From assembly GCA_951406725.2 (NCBI GenBank), contig OX597817.1:42842001-42906000 (forward strand): DNA of 64,000 bases. The letters are read 5' to 3'. The notes under the pieces were generated by a model. That model worked only from the letters and a program-made list of their open reading frames with translations. It was not told where the DNA came from and made no database searches. Shown piece after piece: positions 27,201 through 41,609 of this stretch (positions within the stretch are counted from its first letter, which is position 1; every line of letters starts with the position of its first letter). Source of the DNA: Octopus vulgaris. Its lineage: Eukaryota. A program made the position numbers and the translations under genes.

Positions 27201-30200
27201 TTTACTGCTATTTCTTTGGTTGCTACAACCTTCTGATATGATATTTATGCACAAGATAGCTGCAATTTAACTACTGCTTATTTTGCAGTTTGAAATTAAC
27301 ACTACAAATTTTTGTTTTGTTTTTATCTCATTTACAAAACAACTACTGGATAGAATGATTTTCACACATTTTATTACCTGCCACAAAAGTCTTTAATCTA
27401 TAGTTTCATAATTAAATGTGGCAGTTTTATTCTTACATTTAATTGCGCAGAAAAAAAACAAAAACATACTTTTTAAAACCATTAATTTATATCCAATTCA
27501 CCACTTAGCATAATTTATTTTTAGCTTTCACTGGTTTATTCTTTTAGTTTTCTATTTAATTCCAATAAACTTACTCTATATTTTGCACCTAGTTCAATAC
27601 TATTTTTTCTGTAACTCTTAGCTTTAGTTTTATTCAAATCACATATATATCTCCCCAAATAATGTGATTTAAAGTTTTAAGATCATCATCACCATCATTT
27701 AACATTCAATTTTCCATGCTTGCAAGGCTTAAACAGAATTTTGCAAGGCAGATTTTCTACAGCTGGATTCCCTTCCTGTCACTAACGCTAACCTGTTTTC
27801 TAGGAAAGTAATATTTTCCCAAGGCGAGACATGTTTTCCACAAGAGACTGGAAACAAACAACATCACTTATATGACGACGATACTCATTACCAGCGTCGC
27901 CTTACTGGCACCTGTGCCGGTGGCATGTGTAAAAAGATTCAAGCGAGGTCGTTGCCAGTACCGCCTGACTGGCCCCCATGCCGGTGGCACGTAAAAAGCA
28001 CCCACTACACTCACAGAGTGGTTGGCATTAGGAAGGGCATCCAGCTGTAGAAACTCTGCCAGATCAAGATTGCAGCCATCTGGTTCGCCAGTCCTCAGTC
28101 AAAATCGTCCAACCCATTGTAGCATGGAAAGCGGATGTTAAACGATGATGATGATGATGGTAATGTTTAGACAAGGGTGTGCATGCCCCCAGCATGCACA
28201 CACACACACATACGCAAGCCTCTTTCAGTTCCAATCTCTAGGCTTGATCAGCCCAGGACTAGTAAGAGACACTTGCCCAAGGTGCTGTGCTGTATGACTG
28301 AACCGAAGACCACATAGCTAGGAAACAAGCTTCTTAACCACCCAGCTATGCTTGTGCCTATTGTAGTTATTAATGTTTAACATTATATCTCTTATTTTTT
28401 TATTGCCCACAAGGGGCTAAACATAGAGGGGACAAACAAGGATAGACAAAGGGATTAAGTCGATTACATTGACCCCAGTGTGTAACTGCTACTTAATTTA
28501 TCGACCCCGAAAGGATGAAAGGCAAAGTCGACCTCGGCGGAATTTGAACCCAGAACGCAACAGCAAACAAAATACCGCTAAGCATTTCACCTGGCGTACT
28601 AATGTTTCTGCCAGCACGCCGCCATTTCACATTATATCTCTTGCCATTTTGAGCTATTTCAGAAACACTTTCTCTCTTAATATAAAAATATTCAGTTACA
28701 TAATTCAGAATAGTGTTATTCCCTGACCTTTATTCATTAATTATATAACATTCTTCTATATTTCTAAATCTTGAGTCTCAAGATATGTCTTTTAGAGATT
28801 CAATTCATTTATCTTTTAATGGTTGTATTCTGTCTTGTTGCACAAATAAGCACAAAATTAATTGCACAGTGAAGCTGTATCCTCAATTAAAAGTACTTTC
28901 ATCTCAATCCAAAAGTTGGGTATAAACATTTTATAACAGTTAACTTTATATTGTATTGCACATACATTGATTATTATCTCCATCAAATATGCTTCCTGAT
29001 ATCAACACTAATTTATTAAGCAATGTATTTCATCTCTTCATCTGCATGTTCATTACATCATCTTTGTCCTCAGAAGACCTTAATGAATTCAAAATAGCCA
29101 GCAACTGATATTAACATCAACAAGATACAAGTATCAGCCAAGTACTGAGATCAATGTAATCAACTAGCCCCCTTCTCCAAAATTTGAGGCCTTGTGCCTA
29201 TAGTAGAAAGGAGAAAGTATTATTTCTCTTCCATTTTCTCATTTTATAATTTTCTTTCCTTTTCTTATTATTTGTATAATGATTATTGTTTCATGTTGGC
29301 CAGACATGTGTTATATTAGCATAAAAACATGTTCATTATAGTTGGTGTTTTGGTTTATCTAAAACAACCAGCTATGATGTCATATTGGTTGGCAAAAGGA
29401 AGGGTATACAGTCATTAATTCACAGTCACAATATCATGGGAAATATAGAGAAGCAGGTTTCTCATGTTAAAATCTTTTCCATTTTATATTTGTTTGAATT
29501 GCTGAAAATAAAAGAGGACAAGTGTGTTTACTGTTTACACCAGATTTACAAATGTTGTCTACCTAGACTGAGAGCTTTCTCTCTGTCCAAGTCCAAGAAG
29601 ATTGCCTTCTGGATATGTTTTTGGGCTATATTTTACGTGAAGGGACAAAAAGTTTGCTTCCCAACCACGTGGTTTTGGGTTCAGCCCCACTGGATGGCAT
29701 TTTGGGCAAGTGTCTTCTATAACCTTGAGCTGACCAAAACTTTGTGAATGGATTTGGTTGATGGAAACTAAAAGAAGCCTATATATATATATATATATAT
29801 CATCATCATCATCATTTAACATCCATCTTCCCTGCATGCATGGGTAGGACGGGTGACAGGAGCCGGCCAGGTAGAAAAACTACCCCAGGCTACTGTGTCT
29901 GTTTTGGCAGGGATTTTATGGCTGGATGCCCTTCCTAACACCAACCACTCTGAAGAGTGGACTCAGTGCTTTTTTATGTGGCACTAGCACAGGTGAGGTT
30001 AGTTTTGGCATGATTTTTTACTGCTGGATGCCCTTCAAAATGCCAACCATGTTACAGTGTGGACTGGATGCTTTTAACGTGGCACCAACACTGGCAGGAT
30101 AACCAAGTAACTCACAAGACAAGGAATTTTGAGAAAGGCATGGCATTTGAGGAGGGGAACTTGTGTTAGAGGATGAAAGGTTAGAGTGTGACAAATAGCC

Positions 30201-33200
30201 AGAGAGACAGAAGCAGTTGTCTTGCCACAACAAAGGGGGCATTCTACTCCTTTTTTTTTTATTCACCTTTACTCTAATTAAATATTCTAAACTACCTGAG
30301 ATACTGACCCTGCCTTGATTTTGTTTTCCTTTTCCTTTAGGGTGTGTGTGTGTGTGTGTGTTTCCTTGTTTTAACATTGCATGAAGTTGTAAAAAAACAA
30401 ATGTTACCATTGTGCAAGTGGTGTCCTTCATTCCCAATCTTCCATGAAAGCATGTCTGGTCATGGGGTAATATTACCTTATGTGGAAACAGATGAAGGTT
30501 GATGTCAGGAAGGGTATCCAGTTGTAGAAAATCTGTCTCCACAAAATTCCATCAGACCAATGCAAGCATGGAAAGTGGATATAAAAACAATGATGATGAG
30601 CTATATTAATTATTTTCTAACAATTTGCATTATGTGTGGTTATACTCTCTGGTAGAAGTAAGTAGGAGGAAAATGTTTGAGAGGACAGCTAATGTGAAGG
30701 ACCAGTTGCAATAAGGGATTGAGATATTGGATTTTGTAATGAACATAAGTTACCAATGAGTGATGATAAGCTGCTGTAAGATTGTTTTTTGGCACTGTAC
30801 TATGAATATAGACATTGGTATCCCTACAGCTGTAGGGATATAGGCGTAGGAGTGGCTGTGTGGTAAGTAGCTTGCTTACCAACAACATGGTTCCGGGTTG
30901 TTCCACTGCGTGGCACCTTGGGCAAGTGTCTTCTACTATAGCCTCGGGCCGACCAAAGCCTTGTGAGTGGATTTGGTAGACGGAAACTGAAAAAAGCCTG
31001 TCGTATATATGTATCTATATATATATGTGTGTGTCTGTGTGTATGTTTGTGTATCTGTGTTTGTCCCCCCAACATCGCTTGACAACCGATACTGGTGTGT
31101 TTACGTCCCCGTAACTTAGCGGTTCGGCAAAAGAGACCAATAGAATAAGTACTAGGCTTGCAAAGAATAAGTCCTGCTGGTCGATTTGCTCGACTAAAGG
31201 CAGTGCTTCGGCATGGCTACAGTCAAATGACTGAAACAAGTAAAAGTGTAACATCTTGGGAAAGAAATTTATTGCCTCATTTGTTCATTTTTAATTTTTT
31301 TTTATCCTTTCCTTTAAACATCCATATATTAAATTCAACAGGAATGACCATCATGTATTGATGGGAAAAGTATTTCACAAATATTAATATTCTTTCCCCA
31401 TTTGAACTGCCTGGCATCGGTATGATTACATTGAGTAATCACATACATTAATCAACTTCAGACAATGAAGAAACCTGCTTAAGCAGGTTATTATAAAACC
31501 TACATGAGAATTTTGTATGTGATTTGCTTATCTTTGTTTACATTCCCCAGTAAACAGAAGTCCTGCAGCTTCAGCTTTCGACATATAAGGACCAATGGAA
31601 GGAAAGTATCTCCCTGGGAAAACATGTAAGGGTTAGTAAGTGACAGGAAGAGCATCTGACTGTAGAAAATTTGCCTTGAGTTTTATGTGACTCGTGCCAG
31701 CGTAGGGTAAAACATGCAAAAACGGTGATGACACTGCTGCTGCTAGGAAATTGAAATCTGCATATTTTCATCCAAATTTAGAACTACATTATGGGAAGTT
31801 AAGTTCATTCTGAAGTTACACAAGATCTTACTTTATTAATGTGTAACTTTTGAGTATATGTCTAAATTATGAAGATCTTGGGTTATGTTAAAGTGAGTTT
31901 ACTTTGCCTCTTCATTTTCTTCTTGCATGGCACCTTGGACAAGTGCCTTTTACTATGGTCCTGGACCAACCAATGTGTAAATTTGGTACAAAGAAACTGT
32001 ATGGAAGCATCATCGTCATCATTTGATTTCCATGCTGGCATGGGTTGGACAGTTTGACAGAAACTGGCAAGCCAGAGAGCTGTACCAGGCTCCAATTGTC
32101 TGTTTTGATATGTTTCTATGTCTGGATGCCCTTCCTAATGCCAACCACTTAATCTGTACTGGATGTTTTTTATGTGGTACCAGCATCAGTGTTTTATACG
32201 TGGCACCACCACGGGTGCTTTTTGCATAGCATCAGCATGAGTACTTTTTATATGACACCAGCAAGGGTGCTTTTTATATAATACCAGCACAGGTTGTTTT
32301 ATATATATATAAACATACGATAGTGTCTTATAAGGCTAGATTTATGTATCCTAAAATTGCTGAAGAATTTTCCCCTGGGCAGTTTAGCTTAATGATAAAG
32401 AACAGGGATGTGATTTTGAGTCTCATGGCTGGCTGCCGACAGATTTTTCTGCAAAATATGGATAGTTTATCCTGTTCAGGCTATATTGTTAGCATTATCC
32501 TGTGTTTGAGAATAAAATTATTTCCTTATCTATGTATGTGTGTGTGTGTGTGTGTGTGTATGTTGGGTTTGTCTCCCACCACTGCTTGACAACTGGTGTT
32601 GGTTTGTTTATGTCCCCATAACTTAATAGTTTGGCAAAATTGCCCAATAGAATAAATACTAGACTTTAAAAAAAATTAACACTGGGGTTGATTTGTTTGA
32701 CTAAACTCTTCAGGATGTTGCCCCCCAGCATGGCCTCAGTCCAATAACTGAAACGCGTAAAAGATAAAGTATATAGCAATACTTGCAAGGATTTCTGTTG
32801 GGTAGGAAAGGCGTATTAATAAAAATGTCCGTTGGAAGCATGAAATTTTTCACAGTGCACAGTATTTAGGAACATTCATAATGTCACTGTTTGATGTTCT
32901 AGACTTTGGGGTGGTGGGGGAACCCGACACATTCCTAATCTTGTTACACATTTCACAGATGTTAATTGTTACTGAAATTCAATGTAAATGCAAGCTAATT
33001 TTTCAATTTATTTGTTCATATTCAACTTATTCGTTTGATTTATTTTATTTTAATTAAATTTTATTTGTTTTTGTTTTTGTTGCAGCTGACTGACAACTAT
33101 GTTAAAAACATCAAACATGTTTGTGTCACACAGCAAGATATTAATGTTGCCATGAATGCCGACAAGGTAGGTTTGTTTATTAAAAAAAAAAAAAAAAAAA

Positions 33201-36200
33201 AAAAGAGAAGTTTCAAGGATGAGTGGGAAGCAAATTAGCATAGCATAACATATTTAATAAGGAAGAGAGGAAATTAGTTAATTTAGATTTCACTTAAAAT
33301 ATTTAACTGCAATTTGATTTTGTTAAACTGTTAGCTTTTGATTATTGAAAAGCAGCCATATTTTATACTGTAGAAAAAAAAAGAATGTTCCAGTTATTTG
33401 ATTTCTAATTGACACTCACAGCTAATCCATTCATTGTGTCTCTTAGGAAATTTTTATGATTTTTATAATATTTCTAAATTAATTTCAAAAATAATTTGTT
33501 ATTCCCATTTATATTTGATTTTGGATAATAGATTTAAAAATTATTATTATTATTATTAGTGTCTTTGTTTGTTCTCTCCATGACTTGGCAACTTGTTTTG
33601 GTTTGTTTATGTCCCCCATAATTTAGTAGTTTGGCAGTGGAAACTGATACATTACGTATCTGTCTTTAAAAAAAAATAAAATAAAATTTTGGTAGAATAT
33701 TTGTGTCTTAATTTTGTTTCTTGCAAGGGAGTCATAAAGATGTTGTTGATAGTAGTAAAGTCATTTAATCACTCAACTCATTAGCATTCGCATTATTCTC
33801 TCAGAAATAATGCTTATTTATTCTCACTGTTTTATATTAATCATGCATTATGTTGTAGCTTCAAGAATCTATCAGTGTTTTATTATTGCAATTATATTTC
33901 ATACTCTGATTAGGCAGTACATGCCTGTTCTGTTGGTATTCATAGTATCCTCTTCACATGGTTTTAGCTGATTGTGCATGTATAATAAGAATGAATGGCA
34001 CGTGCTATGGGAAAATAAATTGTGGATATTGCTAGGCAGAAACAATTTGAGATATACTAAACTGTTTGTTATTTCTTTATTGCCCACAAGGGACTAAACA
34101 TAGAGGGGACAAACAAGGACAGACAAAGGGATTAAGTTGATTACATCGACCCCAGTGCGTAACTGGTACTTAATTTATAGACCCCCGAAAGGATGAAAGG
34201 CAAAGTCGACCTCGGCAGAATTTGAACTCAGAACGTAACGACAGACGAAATACCGCTAAGCATTTTGCCCGGCATGCTAATGTTTCTGCCAGCTCGCCAT
34301 CTTTATAGATATACTAAACTGTTTGTGTCAGTGTATAAGAACCTCCAGAATTTCCATTGTAGATGCAGACTGTAAAGCTTTTCATCATTGTTGACATCGT
34401 CATCAACTACATCATCATTATTCAACATCCACTTTTATGCTGCTATAGGCTGGACGGTTTGAGAGAATCTGACAGTTTGGAGAATTGCGTTCTGCACCCA
34501 TGTCTTCTTTTGCATGATTTCTACATCTCGATGCCCTGCCTAATGCCAACCACTTTACGAAGTATGCTGGATACTTTTTTCATGGCACCAGCACAAGTTA
34601 AGATCACCTCATCACTTGCAAAGCTAAGGGCCTAAAATAGCCCCTGTAACTGAGAAGAGAGAGTGTGTGTGATGATTATAGATGGTGGTGGTGGTGATGA
34701 GAGGATGAGTAAATTGAAAAGAACAGATTTATAATTGCAATAGAAGAGTAGTGGGGAGTGTAGGAGTAGTAGAGTAGGCACTAATTGTTGGGAAGGAGTA
34801 TGGCAGAGAACAGATGAAAGGTAAGGGATTAGTGGGGTTATTGAGAAAGAAAGGTACAACGCGGAAAGGGCAAGTTGTGTAGGGGCAAGGCTTAGGGCTA
34901 TCCTACACTTTTAGGGCAAGTATGGACAAAAGGTGAGGGAAAGGAGAAGGAAGGGAACAATAGTTTTGGGTGGAATCCTGAGAGTCATTAAAGAAAAGAG
35001 GTGTTGGGTGGTCATGGGGATAGGAGGAAAATGAGAAAAGGTGTTGAGGAGCTAGAGAAGCTGGAGGATACCATTGAGGTAGGGGAAGGGGACAAGTAGA
35101 GTGTGAATGTTGCAAAAGCATCTCAGCTGGGGGAGTGGCTAGGGAGTGGTACCAAATGGGAAGGCAGTGGAAGGATGATGATGAGAGATGTGGGTTTTTG
35201 CTGCTTCTTGGCAATATTTCACAACACAAAGCTGGCAGAATCATTAGCAGACTGAGCAAAATGCTAAACAGTATTTCGTCCATCCTTACGTTCTGAGTTC
35301 AAATGCTGCTGAAGCTGGCTTTGCCTTTCATCCTTTGGTGGTGGTGGGGGGGTCAATAAACTAAGTACCAGTCGAATACTGGATTCGGTGTAATCGACTT
35401 TGTTCCTCCTCCAAACTTGCTGGCCTTATGCCAAAATTTAAACAAATATTTTACAACAGAAGTTTACAAGTGTTGGTTTTAATAAAATAATAATAATAAT
35501 AATTGTGTACAGTGCTCAGGTGCACTACAACTCATCTAAAGTGTATATATAATCAGGTGAAGTTTCGGCGGATTTCGGAAAGCATGAGGGCCTTAAAAGA
35601 TGCAGTGTCATGGCAGTCAACAACTGACGCAGGCAGTTTATTCCATGCTTCAGCAACTCTGAGCGTGAAAAAATGTTTCCGAAAGTCATGGGAGCTGTAT
35701 TGTTTTCTGACTTTGTAGGCATGTCCACGTGTGTTAGACACATGGAGATCAAAAAGGTGTTCAGTGTTGTTGTTGGTGAGGTGGTTGATAACTTTGTGGG
35801 TGTTTACCAAGTCCGTCGCCAAACGCCGGAGCTTCAGTGAATCCATGCCCAGGGAAACAAGGCGCTCAGAATATGGTAGGTGTCTGATGGAGGGTATGCG
35901 TTTGGTTGCACGTCTCTGGACAGATTCCAGGAGGTCAATGTTCTGTGCAAGATAGGGGTTCCAAACTGATGATGCGAATTCCAAGTGTGGTCGTACCATA
36001 GCTGTATACAGTTTTAAATAGATGGCTGGAGAGCGGCTAACAAAAGACCTGCTGAGTGATGCCAAGACACCCTCGGCCTTCCTGACAATCTTAGAGATAT
36101 GCTTTGACCAACGCAAATCACTGCTGACAGTGATGCCTAGGTCACGCTCGCAAGAGGATTTCTTGATATCAGTGTTGTGGAGGGAGTATGTGAACGCAGG

Positions 36201-39200
36201 GTTTTTTCTCCCAAAATGCATGGTGGTACACTTGTCCACAGCCAGTTTCAGTTGCCAGTCTGTGATCCATTGCTGCATTGTGTCTAGGTCTGATTGCAGG
36301 AAAGAGTTGTAGACATCAGGATCTGTCCTCTTGATTTCAAGGTACAGCTTGATGTCGTCTGCATATTTCAATACTGTGGCATTCTTTAAATTGGCATCTA
36401 TGTCGTTAATGTATGCCACAAACAAGAGGGGGCCAAGGACAGATCCCTGTGGTACACCCGATGACATCTCATATGGTGTAGAGTGCTGTCCTAGAACTGT
36501 GACTACCTCCTTTCGGCTGAGGATGAAGGATTTCAACCAGTTAAAAAGGTCATCCCCCACACCCATTGCAGAGAGTTTCACCATAAGCCTTTTGTGTGGC
36601 ACAGAGTTGAAAGCCTTAGCAAAGTCAAGGTAGACAACATCCACCCATGAGCCACTGTCAGTAATCTGAGTAATGTCCTCAAGGAACTCGACAAGCTGGT
36701 CACTGCAGCTGGAGTTAGGGACAAATCCATATTGTGAGGGTCGGATGAGACTGTGAGAGCTCCAGAAGTTCCAGAGTGTTTCTCTGACACACGATTCCAT
36801 CAGTTTTGCAATACAGCTAGTGAGACTGACTGGGCGATAGTTGACAGGTGATGTGCGGTCGCCCTTTTTGAAGAGAGGAATGACACTGGCAGTTTTCCAC
36901 TGCTCCGGAGTAGCACCATTGTTGAGACAGTACTGGAAGTAAATAGAAAGCTGGTGTAAAAGGAAGTGCCTGCCACGTTTGAGAAGCAGGTATGTAACTC
37001 CATCGAGACCAGGGGAGGCATAGTTGCGCTTATTTTGAAGGTGACGTCGCAGCATTGCAGGTGTAAATTCCATAGTTGTTATGGAGTTTGCTGTTAGTGA
37101 TGGTGAAGATGGTACATTTTGACTTTCAACAGTGAATATGTTTGCATAGCACTCGGCAATGAGTTCTGCGCATTCCTTGGGGTCGTCAGTGATCTGGTTT
37201 GTGTGAGGGTTGCGAAGAGGGCCCACTGGAGAGTGAGGTCTCTGCTTTGAGTGCACATATTTCCAGAAAACCTTGCTGTCAGGATTGGCTGCTATGCACT
37301 GTTCAAATTCAAGCACTGCTTTTTTTGTCACTTGCTTGAGATGGTTGGAGGATTTATTCCGCTTCTTCCTGTTGGTGTCTGATTTATGCAACCTGTATTC
37401 CCGTTCAGCAGTCCGACGTTCCCTCCTGGCAAGTCGGACCGCTGAAGTTTCCCAAATTGCCCTTTTGGGGCGGTTCTTCTTTTTTTGTTTACGTGGCACT
37501 GATGCTGCACATGCTGCCCATATTGAGTCCAGGATACTCTGGAGTATAGTATTCACATCTCCAGAGTTGTAGAATTCACGCCAGTTTGGGTGCTGTAGTT
37601 CAGTGTGGTACAGGTTCCAATCTGCTCTCTTCCAATCGAAGGAAGCAGATTGGAGATGGTTCAGGTTTTTGTTGCCCGCAAGAGCCAGATTGGCGATGAT
37701 CATAGCATGATCAGAGTCACCTAGAGGTTCCTCCGTAGTGCAATTGATAACCGCTTCAGGAGTTGTGGTGAAGAGCAGGTCCAAGGTGTTGTCGCCTCTT
37801 GTTGGAGAGGTGACTACTTGTGACCAGTTTGAGTCCAGCACAAGCTCAACAAAATCGTTTGCACTCTGTGGCCAATGGAAGGTCTCCCAATCGATCTCAG
37901 GATGATTGAAATCGCCTGCAATAAACACATAAGTGGCTGTTTTCCTGGCAGCAGCTCGGAGGACATTGCAAAGCTGTGTGTCCCGATGGTAACTTGGGGG
38001 ACGATAAACAACGCCAAGCAGGAGTGTTGACATGGTCATACGCACGTCACAGAAAAAAACTTCTTCTTGTGATTCGTTCAAATCGGCACAAGGAATTACC
38101 AAAAAATTTGAACGAACGTAGACCATCACACCACCACCACGGCGGTTAGTGCGGTCCTTACGGAAGAGGTTGTACCCCGTAATGTTGAAAACCCCATCAC
38201 AGAGTAAGGAATGCGCCCATGTTTCCGTGACAGTGATGAAGTCAGGGTCAACACTTCTGACGTAGGCGTTGAACAAATGTATTTTGTTGCATAAACTGCG
38301 AGCATTTAAGGACAACAATTTGTACCCTGCTCGCAGTTTATGATGGTGTGTAGAGGATGGCAGGTTGTTCTGGCTTAGTTTCCCTGAGTTGCTGTAGTTT
38401 TTTTAGTTATTGTGGGTAGAGAGCACTCAGACCAGCTGGTATCTCTCTTCCACGTTTCAGCAGTCTTGATATAACGTATTTTTTAAAAGACAGTTGAATG
38501 TGTATTTAGCATGTTTTTAATATGCAGTGAATGAAAACCATCACATGCCATCTACTAAAGTTTTAAAGCTTTCTACTTGATGATAAGATTGTTATTGTAG
38601 TAAGCCACAAAGGCGTTGGAATCTGTCACTTATTGCTGAGAGTTTATTGCACCAACAGTTTTTTTAACAACCACTCTAGTAGCCAATGGAATGATACTGT
38701 TAAGTACCCTCTTGGGCAACACAGTCTTGGTTATTAAAATTTTGTCTACTTCACATGAAATAATAGCAAAACTCTGTCAGTTATCTACCGTAGTATGCAT
38801 CGAAATGCCTGACAAGTATAGCATAAACAATCATGACATCACTTAGATTATTTATTGGAAATAAATTTACTAACATAATATAACTAGAATGTATTAAAAA
38901 TGCTATCATAAAATACATTCAAGTACTTTCTTTAATTTGTGAAAAGACTGGTGTTGGTACCACATAAAAAGCACTGGTGCTGGTACCACATAAATGGCAC
39001 AGGTGCTGGTGCCATTTAAAAAAGCACCCAATACACTCTGTAAAGTGGTTGGTATTAGGAAGGGCATCCAGCTGTTGAAACTGTGCTGAAAACAGATTAC
39101 GGAACCTGGAGTGACTCCTAGCCTTGCCAGCTCCTGTCAAAAGACCCAACCCATACCAACATAGAAAACAGATGTTAAATGATGATGATGATATCGTCGT

Positions 39201-39231
39201 CGTCGTCGTCTTCTTCTTCTTCTTCTTCTTC

Positions 39232-39269
<38 letters not shown>

Positions 39270-41568
39270 ATAATAATAATAATAATATAATAATAATAAT
39301 AATAATAATAATACCACCAATACCAGAAGACCTATACTTTATAAGGATTGCAGATTGGCAGAATCATTAGAATGTCAAACAAAATACCTTACAATATTTG
39401 TTCCAGCTCTATACATTCTGAGTTCAAATCTCATGAGGCCAATCAACTTGAGGCTGGGGTAGATTTAATCAACTAATCCCATTCTTCAAAATTTCTGGTC
39501 TTGCGCCCATGTCACTAACGATTATTACTTAATAAAGTCAGAATTTTGTAAACAACATGGTATCTTATTCAGCATAGATTTCATAGACATTCCATAGTGA
39601 AATTGTATTTGGATGTTTTGCGTTTATTGTTTTTTAATGTTTCTATTTTACTGGAAGGCTTCTGTTTTGCCAACTTTCTAATGTAGATTTAGGGCTTGTT
39701 ACTATCAGCTTTATTTTGATAATTTGTCTTTATCATTTCCTTCTTTTTTGTGTGTGTGTGATGATAGCTGACTTGGTAGTGCCTCATTTTCTTCATTTAC
39801 TAGCAAGTCATCCACAACTATTCATTTATTACTGACTTGTTCCTTCCTGGTCCTCTCCTACTCCCTTCACTTCCCCTCCTCCAAGCTGTTATTCACTGTG
39901 TCCACTTCAGTGCCCTTCTCTAATCATCTGTTGCTCTTTTCACACTCTAGTACACTTACCTACCCACCCATTCCTTCTGTTCCTCAATCCCTATTCTCTC
40001 TCTCATATTCACCTTGTACCTTGAGGATATGGCCTCACCATCTCTCTCTCCAGTTGAGAAAGCTTTGAATTCACCTCTTCAGCAAGATGCCTATTTCTGT
40101 CCCTCTATCATACTTCCATGTCCATCAGTACCCCACTCAGTTGGGGGAGCTGAGCTTCTCTTGCAAGTTTTCTGGTGACCTCACCAGTGCTGGTGCCATG
40201 AAAAAGCACTCAGTACATTCTGTCAAGTGGTTGATGTTAAGAAGAGCATCCAGCCATAGAAACCATGCCAAAACAGGCATTGGAGTTCAGTGCAGCTCTC
40301 TGGTTCATTGGTTTTTGCTTGCCAGCTTTGAAAAGGGGACATAAACTGATGGTGATGGCGTTAATGACATAAGGTGTAAGATTATTCTCTACACAATTCA
40401 AATGGTACCCACAACAGAGTACTGCTCCTGCATATGAAATAATATTACTGCCACACACACACATCACATCAAAAGAAAGGTTACACAACTGGCTGGTACA
40501 CTCCCAATCTCTGGCCCATAAGCTTGCTGCCTTTCGATTTCTCTCCCATCTCTACTGTTTTACAGTGGCTTCTGCCCCTCAGAGCACTCTCAAATCCACT
40601 CATCTTTACTCCTCTTGTCACCCATTTTATTACCCCAATCTTGATCCCACCTCAGGTCCTCTTCAGAAGAACTTCAGCTTACTGCATATATCTTCTTTTC
40701 TACACCCACCAACTTGAAACATTAACAACATAAACCCAACTTGTCTTGAAGGGCCTGCAAACCATGGATACATCCCCTTTCTCCAATCCTACACCCACAA
40801 CACACAAAAATGTCTATTGACTAGAAAAATCTAGTCTTTGCTTAATTGAACTTTGTATTGCACTGCTTTTTCTTGTAAGATTTTTGTAAGTCATTCTTTT
40901 GTGATATATTTTATAGGGTCTCATGAACCTTTTCTTTCCTGATGATGATGATAACCCATCTTTAATGCTTGAAGAAGAGCCAGTTCGACGAGATTCATTG
41001 TCTTATGAAGAGATTGTTAAAGATTTTATCCTTGAAGAGAACCAGTATCTTCGAGATTTAAACATGATCATAAAAGTATTTGCTGCACCATTTGAGAAGG
41101 TTCTTCAAGCAAAAGTAAGAGGTATTTATTTTATTAATGCACCAACACAGTATGAACATTAAAAAAAAAATCTATTTACCAAATAATATATATACATATA
41201 TAGTTGTTTTAATTTCACAGAATAGTGAAACTTAGATAAATTGCATTTTTGGCATTAGTTTCACAACCACTAAGAAATAACTAACAGACCCATCTGAATG
41301 ATTCTCATGCCATGTGCCAACAACTTGGGTATATCCATTAAGTTTCATTCTATAATGGCGCTAATTATGTTTGAAACACAAATAAATATGCTTCAGTTCT
41401 CTGCATTTTTTTTTTTTTTAGGTATAATTAGGATAAAATTTTGGAATTCCAAATATTGTTTGGATTAAGTGTTTTTTTTAACATGATGACCAAACCAATG
41501 GAATTTGTCGGAAAATTGTAACTTTGCAAAGATTTTCCTTTCTACAGCGGTAAATCAAGAGAAAGCTG

Positions 41569-41609
<41 letters not shown>

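Noticed and set aside
30018-30542. 174-aa ORF, and similar ORFs at 7856, 38919 and 62400
   Set aside because: Chance read-through of SINE, RTE or microsatellite sequence.
35731-37572. Several + strand ORFs of 74-100 aa
   Set aside because: Antisense shadows of the GC-richer LINE ORF2 with no recognisable motifs.
38400-38480. Target-site duplication for the CR1 element
   Set aside because: No convincing match between the two flanks; CR1 elements often lack TSDs.
41406-41426. Recursive splice site (T-tract AG|GT)
   Set aside because: The host intron is under 1 kb and the donor GTATAA is weak; likely chance.
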